This document shows positions 9,195 through 21,800 of a stretch of 64,000 nucleotides of DNA, piece by piece. Made by a program: the position numbers and the translations under genes. The stretch is from Macrostomum hystrix. Its lineage: Eukaryota; Animalia; Platyhelminthes. The notes below the pieces were generated by a model. The model was not told the DNA's origin, did not search any database, and saw only the letters and a list, made by a program, of their open reading frames with translations. The stretch's first letter is position 1. Each line of letters starts with the position of its first letter. The stretch covers positions 930,001-994,000 of the forward strand of contig CATNEN010000007.1 of the NCBI GenBank assembly GCA_950097015.1, written 5' to 3'.

Positions 9195-12100
9195 ATGACT
9201 TCTTCTGAAGAGAGAAAGGCATCAGTGGTGATGGCAGATGACATTCTCAAATTGCATGCCAGGATTTTGCAGCAGGTTCACAATGGTAAGCTAAAATGAT
9301 AGAAAAATTACCATGGTAATAATGTAAATTTTTCGTGTCTAAAAATGATTATAAATCTCGAACTACTTAAAGTAATAATGCTGCAATTTTAATACAAAAC
9401 TATATATTCTACTTTTGCAGATTGTCGAGCCGATCTTCTACTGCCAATGTTGGAGGCTCAAAGCTTACAACTGTCTCAACAGGTAGGCATGGCAAATCAG
9501 CAATCTTGGAGCGGGAATGTACCGAATATAAAATTGGTTAATTGATGCTAAATCAGTGTTACTACGTCTTCATTTTAGTCCGGTTCAATCGATTCATCAG
9601 CACACTCGGCAAGCTCCGGTGCCACAGATGAGTCCATTGCCGCAACAGTGTCCCAGTTGCGGGAACAGGTGCAATCTTTGGCGCTGCAGCGGGACGAGTT
9701 GCAGCAACGCCTGCTAGCTAGTAATGTTAGAAAAACTGACGAGTCGGCTAATAGCGGTGATGCCGCCCATGCGGAAGAGTTTGCAAAGCTCAAGGAAAAG
9801 TATGCTCGACTAGTGAAACAGTGCAAGATTTACAAAGAGTCAATTAGGCAATTGAGAGAAGATCAACAGGTGTCGCAACAGTCGCAGCAGTCGTCAGAGG
9901 AACTGCAAAACCAATCTACAGATCTGCTACAGAGTCAGTTGCACATTGAAGAGCAGAAGCAGCTTGTTGAGCAGTTACAGCGGCAAATAATGGAACAGAA
10001 GCAACTACTAGACATGCAAGAGAGTAAAGTCATTCAAGTTGAGCAGCTGCAAAATCTGCTTGACGAGCAGAAGCACAAGATGGAATTGAATGAGCAGCAA
10101 GAAACTGACATAAAACAGCTGGGCCGCCAAGTTGAAGAACAGAGGCAGCAGCTGGAGCTGCTCGAACAGCAGAAGGCAGAAACTGAGCAGTTGCACCTGA
10201 AATTGGAGGAACAGAGGCAGCAGCTGGAGCTGCTCGAACAGCAGAAGGCAGAAGCTGAGCAGTTGCACCTGAAATTGGAGGAACAGAGGCAGCAGCTGGA
10301 GCTGCTCGAACAGCAGAAGGCAGAAGCTGAGCAGTTGCACCTGAAGTTGGAGGAACAGAGGCAGCAGCTGGAGCTGCTCGAACAGCAGAAGGCAGAAGCT
10401 GAGCAGTTGCACCTGAAATTGGAGGAACAGAGGCAGCAGCTGGAGCTGCTCGAACAGCAGAAGGCAGAAGCTGAGCAGTTGCACCTGAAATTGGAGGAAC
10501 AGAGGCAGCAGCTGGAGCTGCTCGAACAGCAGAAGGCAGAAGCTGAGCAGTTACACCTGAAGTTGGAGGAACAGAGGCAGCAGCTGGAGCTGCTCGAACA
10601 GCAGAAGGCAGAAGCTGAGCAGTTGCACCTGAAGTTGGAGGAACAGAGGCAGCAGCTGGAGCTGCTCGAACAGCAGAAGGCAGAAGCTGAGCAGTTGCAC
10701 CTGAAGTTGGAGGAACAGAGGCAGCAGCTGGAGCTGCTCGAACAGCAGAAGGCAGAAGCTGAGCAGTTGCACCTGAAGTTGGAGGAACAGAGGCAGCAGC
10801 TGGAGCTGCTCGAACAGCAGAAGGCAGAAGCTGAGCAGTTGCACCTGAAGTTGGAGGAACAGAGGCAGCAATTAGTACGGTTTGAGCAGCAGGAATCAGA
10901 GATGCATAAGAGGCAGTTAGAATCTGTTAATTTGCAACAGGGATTCGAGCTGGAATCGCAAGATAAACTTGCATTAGTTGAATTGCGACAGCGAAATGAA
11001 AATCTTGTTCAACAGCTAAAGCTGCTTGAGCAGCAGGAGTTGCAGATGAAGCAAGTACAGAGGGAACTTGGAGAACAAAACGAGCAACTTCAGCATCGTC
11101 TGGAAGAGCTGCGACTTCAACTCTCACAGGAAAAGTTAAAGCTCCATGAACAGCAGCAAGTTCAAGAGGATAAGTATCAAAAGTTGCAATTAGAGCGACA
11201 GAGCTTGGAGCAGCAGCACAAGGATTTGGAACATCAGCAACAGCAACTGGTGGAGCAGCAGAAGCAGCTGGCGGAGACTCAACAGCGTTGCCAGACTTCA
11301 CTGAGAGACACTGGCAGTCACATAGCAACGGAATCTTCTGCAGAGTCTCAAACAGCTTTGATTGGCGAACTAAAGCTAAAATGTGCCAAGCTAATCAAAT
11401 TGAACAAGTCAATGCGAGAACAGTTGAAACTTGCCGAGTCTCGTAATAGCTCCATGTCATCGGTTGTTGACGATGCGTCCTGCCAGACAGAGTGTTGCAC
11501 TGGAGAGCAGTGGGCAGCTTCAGCCGATGAAAATGCGCAGAAGCTAGCAGAAATTGAAAGTCAGTTGTTAGCAAGCAAAACAGAGTCCGAGCAGCTGGCT
11601 TTGATAGTTAGTTCTTTGACAGAGCGATTAGCAGCAGCAGAAAAATATCTGTTGCACAGTCGGGAAGAGTCTGAAAAGTTTCAACTTGAAGCAGTAGAAG
11701 CTTCAGAGAAGCCTAAAACGTGTATCTCAGAGATTGAGGAGCTTCGACTAACCATAATTAATTTCGAAGCGAAGCAAAGAGAAGCTGAAGAACATATGAA
11801 TATTCTTCAAACAGAGTCTGGACAGCTACGACATACGTTGCGTAACACAGAAGATAGGTTGGTGGAAGCCGATAGGCAAATGCGTTTAAGCATGGAGGAA
11901 ACTGAGCAGCTTCGCACATCCTTTGCAGCTTTAAAAGAAAGCTTGATTGAGGCTGACAGAAAATTAAAAGAAATTCTAACAGAGTCCGAGCAACTTAAAT
12001 CAGTTGCTACTGATGCAACGGAGAGGTTGACAGTCACCGAGAACCAATTGGCAGCTAGCTTGTCAGAGGCACAGCAGATTCACCTGAGGTGTACAGAGGC

Positions 12101-14765
12101 AGATCGGAAACTGGCTAAAGCTGAGGAACAAATTACCGCAATAACTCAAGAGAATGATGAGCTACGCTTTCAGCTTTCAAACAAAAATTTTGAAGAACGA
12201 CTTCTTGAGTCTGAGAAGCAGCTACAGAGTAGTCAAAAAGAGTCCGAGCACCTTGGACTGGCTCTCAAGGACAAAGAAGAGAAGCTGGTCGAGTTCGAGA
12301 GCCAACTGTCTGATGCTTTAACTGAGTGTGAAAAACTGCGTCAGCAAAAATCTAGTGATGACGTAGAGAGATTGTTGGTTTTGGAAAATGACCTTGAAGA
12401 TTTCAGGTTGCAGTCTGAACAGTTCAGGGCAGCTTCCATTGATGCTGGTGAAAAACTAAGCGAGGCTAAAAGCCAGTTGTCTACTAGCAGAATTAACGCT
12501 GAGCAACTTCAACAGACTGTATATAATCTTGAAACGAAGCTATCAGAGACCGAGAGAATTCTCTCAGAGAGCAAATATGAAGCTGAGCAATCAAGACAAG
12601 CATCCGCCGATGCCTTGAATAGGATTTCCTCACTTGAGAACCAATTAGAAGCAATAACAGCTGAATCTGAGCATCTTAGACGAGCTGTACTTGATGCAGA
12701 AGAGAAGCTGTTATTTGTGAATAGTCAACTGGCCAAGAGAACTGCGGAGGCTGAGCACATGAGCCAAGCTGCCAACGATGCTCAAGAGATGCTGACTTTA
12801 TTCAAAACTAAACTGGAGGCTAGCACAGCCCAGGTGGAGCACTTTAAGCAAACTACTGTTGATTCAGAGGAGAGGCTGTCTGTAGTGAACGGTAAATTAG
12901 CTGCGAGAACAAACGAAATCGAGCTGTTGAAACAAACCTTAAGCAGTTCCATTCATGAAAGTAAGTTGCTGGAGAGTGAAAGACCACTGCTTTCAAACAG
13001 AGTCGATGTTGATCAGCATGAGCCTGATTGCACTCTAGATACGAGTAGCACCGCGTTAGGTGAGATCGATCGGCTAAGACAGGCACTTTCGGAAGCTGAG
13101 GCAGCTGAGCTTGCTGCTATTGCTGATGCTGAACAGTTGCGCCTTCGCCTGAACAGTATGGAGTCTGTACTAGATCAGCTCAAAAATCAAAACGCAGCCC
13201 TTTTGGGCGATCTGGATCTTGGTCGGAAGACTTTCGAGAAGCTCATTCTTGAGAATGGTCAACTTCGCGAGCGTCTGGCTTCTGGGGGATCTTCAGATCC
13301 GTCAACCCCACCTTCGGAGATGGCTGAGGCCGCTAGTGATTCCTGCGACGCAAACGGTACCGACCCTACCGCGGTGCAAGTGAAACTGTTGAGCACACAG
13401 TTAAGTCGAGCCAGAGGTCAGCTATTACAGCTGCGCTCAGAGCGAAATAAAATCTATCACGAGTACATGCGACTGCGCCGTGAGAAGGAAGACTGCGAAC
13501 GTCAACTGGCAGCTGCTGCTTCCCAGTCTGTCTCTGAGGAAAAGCAAAAAAGAAGGGTGGAGAGCAGTGGCAGCTTGTACTGCGCACAAGCCGATGTTTG
13601 TTCCGCAGAATCACAGGCTGCAGAAGCAGAAGTCCAGCGGGCAGCAGCTGTTGCTGGTCAGCGGGAGGAAGAATTACTGGCCATCCGGTCCGAGAACGAG
13701 GGTCTTCGGTTTCGGCAAAGCCTGCTCGAGACCAAAGTAAAAAAGATGGAGATCCGCATGCGCGCACAGCGCGAAAAACTGGAGCGCTATCAGTTGCGCT
13801 TTGATGAGAAAGATCGGGAGCTAGAACAGCTTGTTGACAAAGTGCGTCATCACCGAGCTCTGTTTGACGGTGAAAAGTCGGCTCGACTTCGCGAAGTCAA
13901 TCAGCTAAAATCGGCTCTAGCCGCCGAAGAGGCCCGGGCTCGGCGAATTGAGAAGCAGCGCGGCGGTGGACGCGGAGAGACACAGTCTCTCCTTGAAGAG
14001 CTGAGCGCCGCCCGGCACGCCAAGCAAGAGGTCGAACAGCGCTACGAAAGCGAGATTGCCACTCTTCGAGCTCAGCTGGACGAGCTGGCTGCCGATAGTC
14101 AAGAGCTGCAAACTCAGTTAGTTGAAGCGAAGCGTCGCCGTGCCGCCAGTGCCTCCAGTGAAGCTGAGCTGCCACCCGCGCCGTCAGAGTGCACTGAGTG
14201 CAAGCGACTGCGCGAAGCTGTACGTGTTTTAGAAGCTCAAAAGATGAGACAGCGTTCGACCAGCCAAAGTGAGCAGCAGCATGAGCAGCTGGTCAGATCG
14301 GCTGTCACCTCATTGGACGCCGCACTGCGACTGCGTGGACTTCCTGGCGTTGTCGTTGAACCATCAGCAACGCTGGAAGCCCTGTTGCGCACTTGCGCCG
14401 TGCGCATTGAAGCATCCGCTGCGCCTGTTGTTGAAGCGGTGAACGCTGAATCTCAAACCGTCTACGATGCGGTTACTATAGACATCACTGAAGCTTCTTC
14501 AACTGTAAAATCAGCACCAACTACTGTCTCAGTGTCAACTGAAACTGTAATAGTCGACGAACAGAACTCGGTTGCAGTTGACATGCCGACGCTGCCGGGT
14601 TCAGCCGGTACGACGTCCAGCCTGGCAGAATGGATGCGCCAGACTCGACCTCTGCTGCGCGGTTGGCCAACTCCGCTGCGTCGGGCCCGCATCGGACCGC
14701 GTGGACTTGCTATCGTCTACCTTTGCGCTGTGCACCTGTGCCTGCTCTATTGCATACTGGTATAG
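9195..14765 (+). CDS. Large coiled-coil tail-anchored golgin (giantin/golgin-84/CASP class), ~1780 aa
   Basis: Exons 9195-9285, 9421-9482 and 9579-14765, with GT-AG introns and compatible phases (1, 0), joining in frame to the 1705-aa ORF. The chain is E/Q/L/K-rich and coiled-coil-like almost throughout. It ends in a basic patch plus one hydrophobic segment (LRRARIGPRGLAIVYLCAVHLCLLYCILV*) carrying the Y-x4-H signature of golgin transmembrane domains. Confidence 0.8.
10134..10870 (+). repeat. Coding 72-bp tandem repeat (~10 copies of EEQRQQLELLEQQKAEAEQLHLKL)
   Basis: Period 72 nt (AGAGGCAGCA at 10141, 10213, 10285...). Copies differ only by rare, mostly synonymous changes. Confidence 0.95.
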
Positions 14766-15852
14766 TTTGGCTCGATAGTTGAGCTGTCTGCGTTTATCGA
14801 CTATCCGAAATTATCTAATAATTGTGTCCTAGTACATAACTACTAGACGTTGCTGACCTTGTGTCTATATAAAAAACATTCCGCTATACCTGGATTATCA
14901 GTGCATCGGACGAAAATACACTAAAGCTGTTTCATTACTATTTTGATTCACATTCAGTTACTATTCGAGTCATTCCTAAGTCACTATATCTGCTGAAAGC
15001 GCTTTTTCTGCTTCTATGACCGATCTTCTATTTCTTTGTGGTCGTTTGTGTCGGAGAATTTCGCAGCCTCAGCCCAAAATTCACGTAGGCCACACATTTT
15101 CGCACTCGTGACAATTTATCGTCTTGCATTAAGAATTTGGTTTTTTCATTGTGCAAATACTTGTTTTATTTTTTCTTGTTCTTTTTTTCTTTATTCGGTA
15201 CGCCAACTTGTCTGTCAGTTAGTAACGACAAATAGTACAGCACAGCAACAACACATTTGAGCATATTCCTGCTGCCATTGAGACGCATTGTCAAGCTTTC
15301 AGACTATCATATTTTCAGACGCTTGTGAAAGGAGCAAAGGTTTAATGCTTTTTTTCTCCATTATTTTGTTTAATTAAACTCATTTGTGTCAAATCTCTAA
15401 CAAGACCTTCTGCTACTCTCTTGTAAAACGATGACTGTACAAGCACAATTTTTAACCTTCCTTCAATGTTTTTGTCTTTTTGTAGCATCCAGATTTATCT
15501 ATTTTCGGTTATCAATTTTTAATTCCGATGTAATCTATAGATTTTTTGTTTTTTTTTGCTTGATTTTTGCGCTGTGATCAGTTTATTATTTTAAGAGAAG
15601 ACACGCTGTTTGTATATGGGATATTAATAATTGCAAACATTCTTGTAACCTTAAAAAATAATTTTATATTTCCTAAAAGTAGTCAGTAATGCTAACATGC
15701 TAAGATTCGGCTTGTAAATACTAGTACCACACAACATTCCTATTTTGTTTAAAGGGTCTTCATGTTTCTTTATAAAGGTATTGAGTGAGTGTGTGTGTGT
15801 TTGTGGGCAGGCTTGCTGAGGAAATTCATTTTTTAAACACTAAACACAATAT

Positions 15853-16216
15853 ATAATAATAATAATAATTGCAGGAGGGCTGCGGGCAATGACACATAAT
15901 TTGGTGACACTAGACCCGCAGCCAGCGAGGAGGCAATTCTGCCCATTTCGCTGACTCCTAAGCACACACGCACACAGATACCGTACACAGGCATACGCTC
16001 ACACGGGTGTGTACATCTGCCCTGACCTCATCGTCAGGCAGTGTACACTCTCACTGTGCCTTGGAGGTTGGCCCTCAAGGGCGTAAATTGCACGACAAGC
16101 CCCCAAAGCCTTCTCTCCGCGGCTGCGCTCCTAATAAATGTGGCCTCGCCGTGGAATCGAACTTAAGGACCGTGGTGCGAGAGGCAAACACGATAACCGC
16201 TCTGCCACCGACCCCC
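15853..16216 (-). mobile_element. tRNA-derived SINE, copy 1
   Basis: Minus-strand head GGGGGTCGGTGGCAGAGCGG (A box) ... AGTTCGATTCC (B box), a unique body, and an (ATT)n tail at 15853-15870. Homologous copies at 38619-39434 and 59012-59331. Confidence 0.8.
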
Positions 16217-17409
16217 CTCACTAAACACAAAATAATTTTTAATTCCTTGTGGAACTTTTTCAGTTTCTTCTGGTATAAGTGTGTGATTTTGTGATTCAAA
16301 TATTTTTTGCTTGTACTTGTGTGTGTAGCCTTCTAATTACTTTTCGTTTGGCTAGACGGCTCTTTTTTGAATGGTATTTTCTGGGTTCCTGGATATTCAT
16401 TAAATACAATAATTGCACTGCTTTTGTGCATCAATTTGTGCAATGCTTTGCCTTAAATTTTTCTATTTTCAATAATTTTAGCTTTTGTTTAGCCAGCTGT
16501 GATGAAATCTGACACAACTGTTGTAATGAAGGTTTCTATTAACTGTCATTATTTTAATTTCGAGTAGTACAAATGTTATACATAAATAGTGTGTTGTATA
16601 GTCTATAGTCTATGGATGGCTCTTTTACTCAAACCACCCCTCCTGTGCCACCTTCAGACGGGGTATAAAGATGCAATGGAAATAGAAAATATGAGAGTCA
16701 TCAATTGGTCAGTTGGATGAACGATTCTCAGTTTTGTCTGCATCTTAGTGCTAGGGCAATTAATGCTCAGAAAGAAAAGGGTGTATAGTGAGCAGCGGGA
16801 CTTACACCACCCCCCAGCTCTGATGACTGGCGTCTTATTTAACTCTGTCCACCCCTTCAGGTAATATAGACGACTCTTCTATTTGACCAGTGTCCCCGAC
16901 CGCTGTTTAATTGTGTTTCTACAGCTAGCTCACGCGCACACAAACATAAGAACTCGTTTATACACAGATAATCAAACACCAACGTACTATTGAAACTTGA
17001 AAATGGGAGTAATACTTTCACGCTGAAGGGTGCAGGATTGACGAAGGAGAAACAGGTAAAAAACTGAGAGCGGAATTCTAGTACACCTTGCTTTTCTTAA
17101 TAATTGCTCTACATGAAAGTTTCTAGCCTTCCATTGCCGTGTTTTTCTGCTGCTGCGAGCATCTCAACCCCTCAGAGCTTGTTACTTGTTTCACTGCCTC
17201 GCGTGACGAAGAAAGCCACAATTCATGTCTCCTTTCTCCCCCCCAAAAATGCTGCAGTTTCTCGCACACCCTGCCTGAAAGGCCTCGCCAACCTGCTCAG
17301 TTTAATAAATGAAAAATTTCCTCTTCGCTTTCTTCGCCACGGCCTTGGCAACAGGAGAGGATCTCTCTAGCACGTCTCCTACCATCCCTGCCCTTCCTTC
17401 CCGGTCTTA

Positions 17410-17498
17410 CCAATCTGGACCAATCAGATCGCAGCTAGCTGGGTGAAATCATTCAATCATTTATTCAGTGATTCCATTCATTATTTGCAATATAAATA
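17410..17498 (+). promoter_or_regulatory. Candidate Pol II promoter of the TTLL4-like gene (2x CCAAT plus TATA)
   Basis: CCAAT at 17410 and 17420 and TATAAATA at 17491, ~270 nt upstream of the ATG. Motif spacing only. Confidence 0.35.
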
Positions 17499-17766
17499 GG
17501 ATGAGATTTTTCCTGCTTAGTTGAATCGCTGCTCACATTTTGTTATTCAGACATTTAGACACAAACACAACAGATCTAGCGCGCCAAAGAGAGCAATCTG
17601 ATTGAAACTCATTCGTTTTTTTTAATCCTCGATTCCAGCAGACCGAGAACTGCCGCACAGCCAACGGGAAGGCTGCTTTCGCGTCGTTGGGCGGGGCGCT
17701 CAAATGTGATTTTACTCTTTCCTCTCTTCTGCTTCCTCGGAGTACAGTAGCTATTCTTCCTGAGTA

Positions 17767-17768
17767 AT

Positions 17769-17818
<50 letters not shown>

Positions 17819-18809
17819 GCTTGGCACTGCGACAATCATTGATGTCTTCTATGAGTAACGGAGCAGCAAATAGTAGGATTGACGTCCTTCTGCCAGCGTC
17901 ATTGTATCAGCAGCACCAGCAGCAGCAGCAGCTGGCAGGTGGCGCAGTGTTTCTAGGAAACGGTGACTTCAATGGTAGTAACGGACGTCGGCAACAGCGT
18001 AGGCCGTCTACGGCAAACTCGTCGTCAACTAGCAACAATGCCGGCGTGACATTTTATAGCTTCAAATCCGTGCTAGGCAACGGCGGTACCACTAGTGTCT
18101 GCAATGGCTCCACTGCTCAGCAGAATCATTTTAACGGCCAGGCGTCATCGTCTAGATTTCAAGCCATCATTGATCAGTACAACCGGGGCAGTCCGGCGCC
18201 TCTGCCTCCGGCTCCTCCGTCGCCTCCACCTCCGCCTCCGACATCAGCGCCCGTTGTTATTTCACTCGGCGGCGGTGGTGGCGACGGAGGCGCCGGCGGC
18301 AGCCAGGGATTTATCATCAACGCCTTCATGCGACGGCAGTGGACCATGGCGGATAGGAATGCCGTTTCGGCGCAACCACCTCCGCCAGGAGCTCTGCCCA
18401 TTGTTAGGGGCGGCGGCGGTGGAGTACAGAACTATTATCCACCAGCCAGGTTGTACTCTTACACCAGCCCTAGTAGCAGGTCAGGCTCAGTAATCAGCAA
18501 TGGCAATGGTCATAACGGCAATGCTAACGGTCCGGCGGTGATGATCGAACTCATGCAGACTGATCGGAGCTTGCAGCAGCAATTTCCGCTACAGCAGCAG
18601 CAGCAGCAGCGCATGCCTGTGACAGGCACAGTAACTGGCAGCGGACCAGTTTACCGGTCCAGTCAGCTCTCCGATCAGCTCTGTCGAGCCCCGGCCTCTT
18701 TAACAAGAAGCGATCAACTGACAGCTGGTGGAATCAACGGAGCCGAAGATCCGGATGCTTCAGCTGCAAGACTACTAGAAATTCGTCAGAAACTGCAACA
18801 ACTCAGCCT

Positions 18810-18852
<43 letters not shown>

Positions 18853-21800
18853 TCCCAACGTCCGTTGATGAGTCCGCAATTAAGCGTGTCCTCTGTTGCA
18901 TCCTCGACGTCAACTACAACAGCGGCTGCAGCCGCAGCCGCAGCAGCCGCTGCGGCAGGCGCCGCCAGCAGCAGTCCGCTGCTCTCCGTCCGCGCCCGCT
19001 TGGCCGCAACCCCAGCGCCCGCCGCCGTCGGCAGTCGGCCGGGCACCGCAACAGCCGCCGCGTTGTCCAGCACCCCGGCAGCTACGCTAAGAACCCGCAG
19101 CGCCTCCGCCACTGTGCGCGCTGGCAGCCGCCTGGCCAGCGCCGCCGTCGCTGTCGACGCCGCCTCTTACGGCGGCGAATCTTTCTCGCCGTCGCGACCA
19201 ACGTCGGCTGCTTCGTCGACTCGCACTGGTCGAAGCCGCAGTTGCAGTCGAAGCCGCAGTCGGAGTCGGAGTCGCGCTGCCGGTGACTTGATCAATGAAG
19301 ACGACGATGAAGATGACGACGACGACATAGACGACGATTTCGATGACGATGACGATGACGTCATCAACTGTCTAGACGACGATATCGTTAGCGGCAGCGC
19401 CGCTTCTCTAAGCCGTTCGTCGTCGGCTAGGAACTCCCGCCGCGGCTCCGGCTCCAGCTCCGGCGCTGGCCGAACCGGCAGCTCCGCCTTAGCCGCTTCC
19501 GCTGCTGCTTCGGCCGGTCAGTCGCAGATTTGCCTGCCGTCGCATATTGCCTCACTGTTTCCCGGCGTTCCTCCGGTGTTGAATTTCGCCGGCGAAGGCG
19601 AGTGCCTCGAAGCCCTGTCAGCGGAGTCGCGCAGGCTGTTGAAATGGCGCCTGAGTTCCATTACGCCATTGGTGGTGAAACGGGTCATTGGCCGCAGCGG
19701 TTTCAGAATCTCGCAGAGTGAGCAGATTATAATAAGCTACGTTTGTACTTTTTGCATTCCTTAAAAAATTGCTGAGTAGCTTAACATTAGAACAGTAGAA
19801 AAATGGGTACTCCAAATATTCTTAACTATTATTGTTAACCTGCTCACTTGCTAAATACATTCGTACTAGCCTGAGCACACATTGTGAGTTTGATCCGATT
19901 CTGACGACGCTTTTGAAGAGATAGATTAGTTAGGAACTCAGGCTATTGCTAATTGTGTTTGAGCTCATTGTGCTTGCCCAGCTGACAAACAGCCTGGTAG
20001 TTTACTTTTCTACACACTGATTGATTGATTGGGTATTTTTTTTCTAGTACAGTTTGTTTCTACTAGTATTGTTATTAGTTCTACTTTTATGATCTAAGGT
20101 TTAATAAATTTGGTTGTTTTTTCAGAGACTGAACCTGGTGACGACCTGGAGTCTGTTGGTAAGTTACAGCTTTACAGATTTGCTATTTCCCTGCCTGTCT
20201 GTCTGTCTACTATCTCCTGTTTATCTACTATTTCACTGTCTATCAACTATTTCCTGTCTATCCACTATTTCACTGTCTATCCACTATTTCACTGTCTATC
20301 CACTATTTCACTGTCTATCCACTATTTCACTGTCTATCCACTATTTCACTGTCTATCCACTATTTCACTGTCTATCTGTCTACTATTTCCTGTCTATCTA
20401 CTATCTCACTGTCTATCTACTATCTCACTGTCTATCTGTCTACTATCTCACTGTCTATCTGTCTACTATCTCACTGTCTATCTGTCTACTATCTCACTGT
20501 CTATCTACTATCTCAGCTTATCTATTATTCAATAACTGTCCACTATCTCCAGTTTATCTACTATCTCACGGTCTCTCTACTATATCACCGTCTGACTGTG
20601 TAAAATCTGTCTACCCCCACTGCCCCTCACTCCTGTCTGGCCTTAAATTGGATTAAGAGTTCGAAAGAGTTGCACTTTTATCGTTAACCACTGACATGCT
20701 CGGTCAACTTGTTCCCCGACCCGAGGGGTGGGCCGGGGCTCTCGCCCTGTTTAGTACGCATGCTGCTAGCCATTGCTAACCATTGCTAGGCATTGCTAGC
20801 TGGGCATAATCTGGGCAGGAAGGCAGTCGGGGTGGGGGGTTGGTGTCGCAAGCTTAATCTGCACCAGAGCGAGTTTCCCTTGGGCGGCCTGTAATTGGGG
20901 GCGGGCTCCGTGCCTTCGAGCCTAACCGATTAGCGGCGATTCCGAGTCTTAGCGGCAGTGAAGGTGCGTGCTTATCCGGGGCGTGGCTTAGATCACTGTT
21001 AGACTCACTCAAGTGACAGCTCAAGGTGAGACTATTTTTCAGCTCACTCTTTCTCAGCCTCCGGCATGTCAGTTATAATCCCAAATTTGATATCTTGACC
21101 GTTTTTTTCGCACAGAATCAGATGACTGGCTCGGCTACTTTGGAAAGCACATGAAACCCAACGGATTTCAGACTATTCGAGAGTATCAGAAGGTGAGCTA
21201 TGCGACAATGCGACCATTAATTTGCAAATCTGATACCTTCAAATGCTAACACGCATTGTGTTGACTTGATCAGATTTCACTTGACATCACTGTCTGATTC
21301 ACTTACTTCCCTTATCTGCCACTCTTCTCCCCGTATCTGCTACTCTACTTCCTTATCTGCCACTCTACTTCCTTATCTGCCACTCTACTTCCTTATCTGC
21401 CACTCTTCTCCCCGTATCTGCTACTCTACTTCCTTATCTGCCACTCTTCTCCCCGTATCTGCTACTCTACTTCCTTATCTGCCACTCTACTTCCTTATCT
21501 GCCACTCTTCTCTCCGTATCTGTCCCTCTACTTCCCTTATCTGCCACTCTACTTCCCTTATCTTCCACTCTATTTCCCTTATCTGCCACTCTACTTCCTT
21601 ATCTGCCACTCTACTTCCTTATCTGCCACTCTTCTCCCCGTATCTGCCACTCTACTTCCTTATCTGCCACTCTTCTCCCCGTATCTGCCACTCTACTTCC
21701 TTATCTGCCACTCTTCTCCCCGTATCTGCTACTCTACTTCCTTATCTGCCACTCTACTTCCTTATCTGCCACTCTACTTCCTTATCTGCCACTCTTCTCC

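Noticed and set aside
10008-10871. Minus-strand Leu/Gln/Phe ORFs
   Set aside because: Antisense shadows of the 72-bp coding repeat.
16140-16216. tRNA gene (also at 39360-39434 and 59255-59331)
   Set aside because: A and B boxes are present but no acceptor stem closes, and each continues into a shared SINE body.
16815-16880. Hammerhead ribozyme (CTGATGA core); also CTGACGA in the SINE hairpin
   Set aside because: No correctly placed stem II/GAAA or cleavage triplet could be folded.
20126-20158. Extra TTLL4 exon (TTTCAG...GTTG|GTAAG)
   Set aside because: It has plausible splice sites and would keep the frame, but it would insert residues within the conserved SGF.ISK-DDWLG stretch, which joins cleanly without it. 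Not supportable without RNA data.
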